Source: Myxococcaceae bacterium
GTDB taxonomy: Bacteria; Myxococcota_A; Polyangia; Polyangiales; Ga0077539
Assembly (NCBI GenBank): GCA_004297725.1
Contig: SCUS01000042.1
Span: 1,048 to 65,047, forward strand
Direction of reading: 5' to 3'
DNA length: 64,000 bases
Made by a program: the position numbers and the translations under genes. Shown here piece after piece: positions 63,237-64,000 of the stretch. The notes under the pieces are model-generated. The model did not search any database, had not been told where the DNA came from, and was given only the letters and a program-made list of their open reading frames with translations. Positions within the stretch are counted from its first letter, which is position 1, and every line of letters begins with the position of its first letter.

Positions 63237-64000
63237 ATGTGGTCCCGCCTCGCCGTGCGCGCCGCGCTGCTCCCGCTCGCGCTGGTGGCAGCCTGCCATC
63301 CCCGCGTCCTGCCGCCGACCGCGCGCCCGACCCCGACCCCGACCCCGTCCCCGACCGAGCGCCCTGCGCCAGAGGCGCCGCGCGCGAGGGTCGTCGCGAG
63401 CGTGATCCAGCCGACGGCGCTGCTCGCCCTCTCCGACCGCCTCATCGTGCCCGAGACGACCAGCGACTCGTTCGTGCTGCTGCCGCTGCGCGGAGACTCA
63501 CCCAGGACCGTGGTGCGCGGCGTCGGCTTCTACCCGAGGCGCCTCCTCGCCGACGGCGACGACGCGTGGATCGCGCCGTACTCCGACGCGGTCCTCCACG
63601 TGACGGCGGCGGGGATGCACACGCCCCTGGTCTCGTCGCAGCCCGTGTACGCGATCGCCCGCGACGCCACGCACCTCTACTATCTCTCGGCCAACGCGCC
63701 GAACCTGCGGCGGGTTCCGCGCCTCGACGCCCAGGGGCGCGCCGTCGCCCCGGACCGGGCGCGCGACCTCGCCGAGGGGCTCACGCACGTCCCGGGCGCG
63801 GTGGACCTCGCGGCGATCGACGGGGACGTGTACCTCGCCACGGCCGACGCGGTCGTGCTCGTGCGCCCGGGGGCCGCCCCGCGGAGGCTCTCGGCGCTCC
63901 CGTCCGCTCCGAGCGTGATGACCGTCGATGCGCGCGACGTCTTCGTCGGCACCGACGGCGGCCTCGTGGTGCGCGTTCCCCGCGACGGAGGGCGCGCGGT
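63237..64000 (+). CDS. Hypothetical lipoprotein, 3' end outside window
   Basis: Reads MWSRLAVRAALLPLALVAAC (lipobox) followed by a PTPTPTPSP linker. The frame is open to the window end. Repetitive beta-propeller-like segments (YY.S / VY.A). Confidence 0.5.
   Translation, partial: MWSRLAVRAALLPLALVAACHPRVLPPTARPTPTPTPSPTERPAPEAPRARVVASVIQPTALLALSDRLIVPETTSDSFVLLPLRGDSPRTVVRGVGFYPRRLLADGDDAWIAPYSDAVLHVTAAGMHTPLVSSQPVYAIARDATHLYYLSANAPNLRRVPRLDAQGRAVAPDRARDLAEGLTHVPGAVDLAAIDGDVYLATADAVVLVRPGAAPRRLSALPSAPSVMTVDARDVFVGTDGGLVVRVPRDGGRA

Noticed and set aside
54537-63299. Antisense ORFs 54537-56426 (-), 57092-58672 (-), 58669-60456 (-), 60438-63299 (-) and 60599-62941 (+).
   Set aside because: They are shadows of the kinase, DUF2382, orphan and archaemetzincin genes, with the same degenerate composition.

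Overview
This is a very GC-rich (about 70% or more) bacterial chromosomal window. A MYXO-CTERM-like sorting tail, MopE-type Cys-rich repeats, a TSP3-repeat OmpA and many lipoproteins suggest Myxococcota; that assignment is inference. High GC leaves long open frames on both strands almost everywhere. I therefore called about 49 protein-coding genes by picking the frame with recognisable catalytic motifs, strong third-position GC, signal peptides, Shine-Dalgarno sequences and start/stop overlaps. I saw no rRNA, tRNA, CRISPR array, transposase or integrase. Recognisable housekeeping genes are exbD/tonB-like, TSP3-OmpA, psd, glnB-glnA, thrB, plsC, an AddAB-like helicase-nuclease pair, heme A synthase, two sensor kinases, two DUF2382 stress proteins and an archaemetzincin. 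Three tightly packed units look like candidate undescribed systems. (1) A six-gene minus-strand operon (25364->17452) combines a zinc-ribbon/ASKHA-Hsp70-like giant protein with a Met/Pro/Gln-rich tail, two small orphan proteins, a vWA lipoprotein, a second Hsp70-like ATPase and a zincless Fpg/Nei glycosylase. (2) A plus-strand lipid-type cluster (27673-32729) encodes an SDR reductase, a dedicated ACP, an acyl-CoA dehydrogenase, a B12-radical SAM enzyme and a CDP-alcohol phosphatidyltransferase, and it is translationally chained to heme A synthase. (3) A seven-gene minus-strand respiratory operon (54317->47268) encodes a Cys/His lipoprotein, an outer-membrane beta-barrel carrying a CxxCH motif, a lipoprotein, Rieske, cytochrome b, an octaheme cytochrome c and an amicyanin-type cupredoxin. 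All functional calls come from motif reading by eye; no database search was run.
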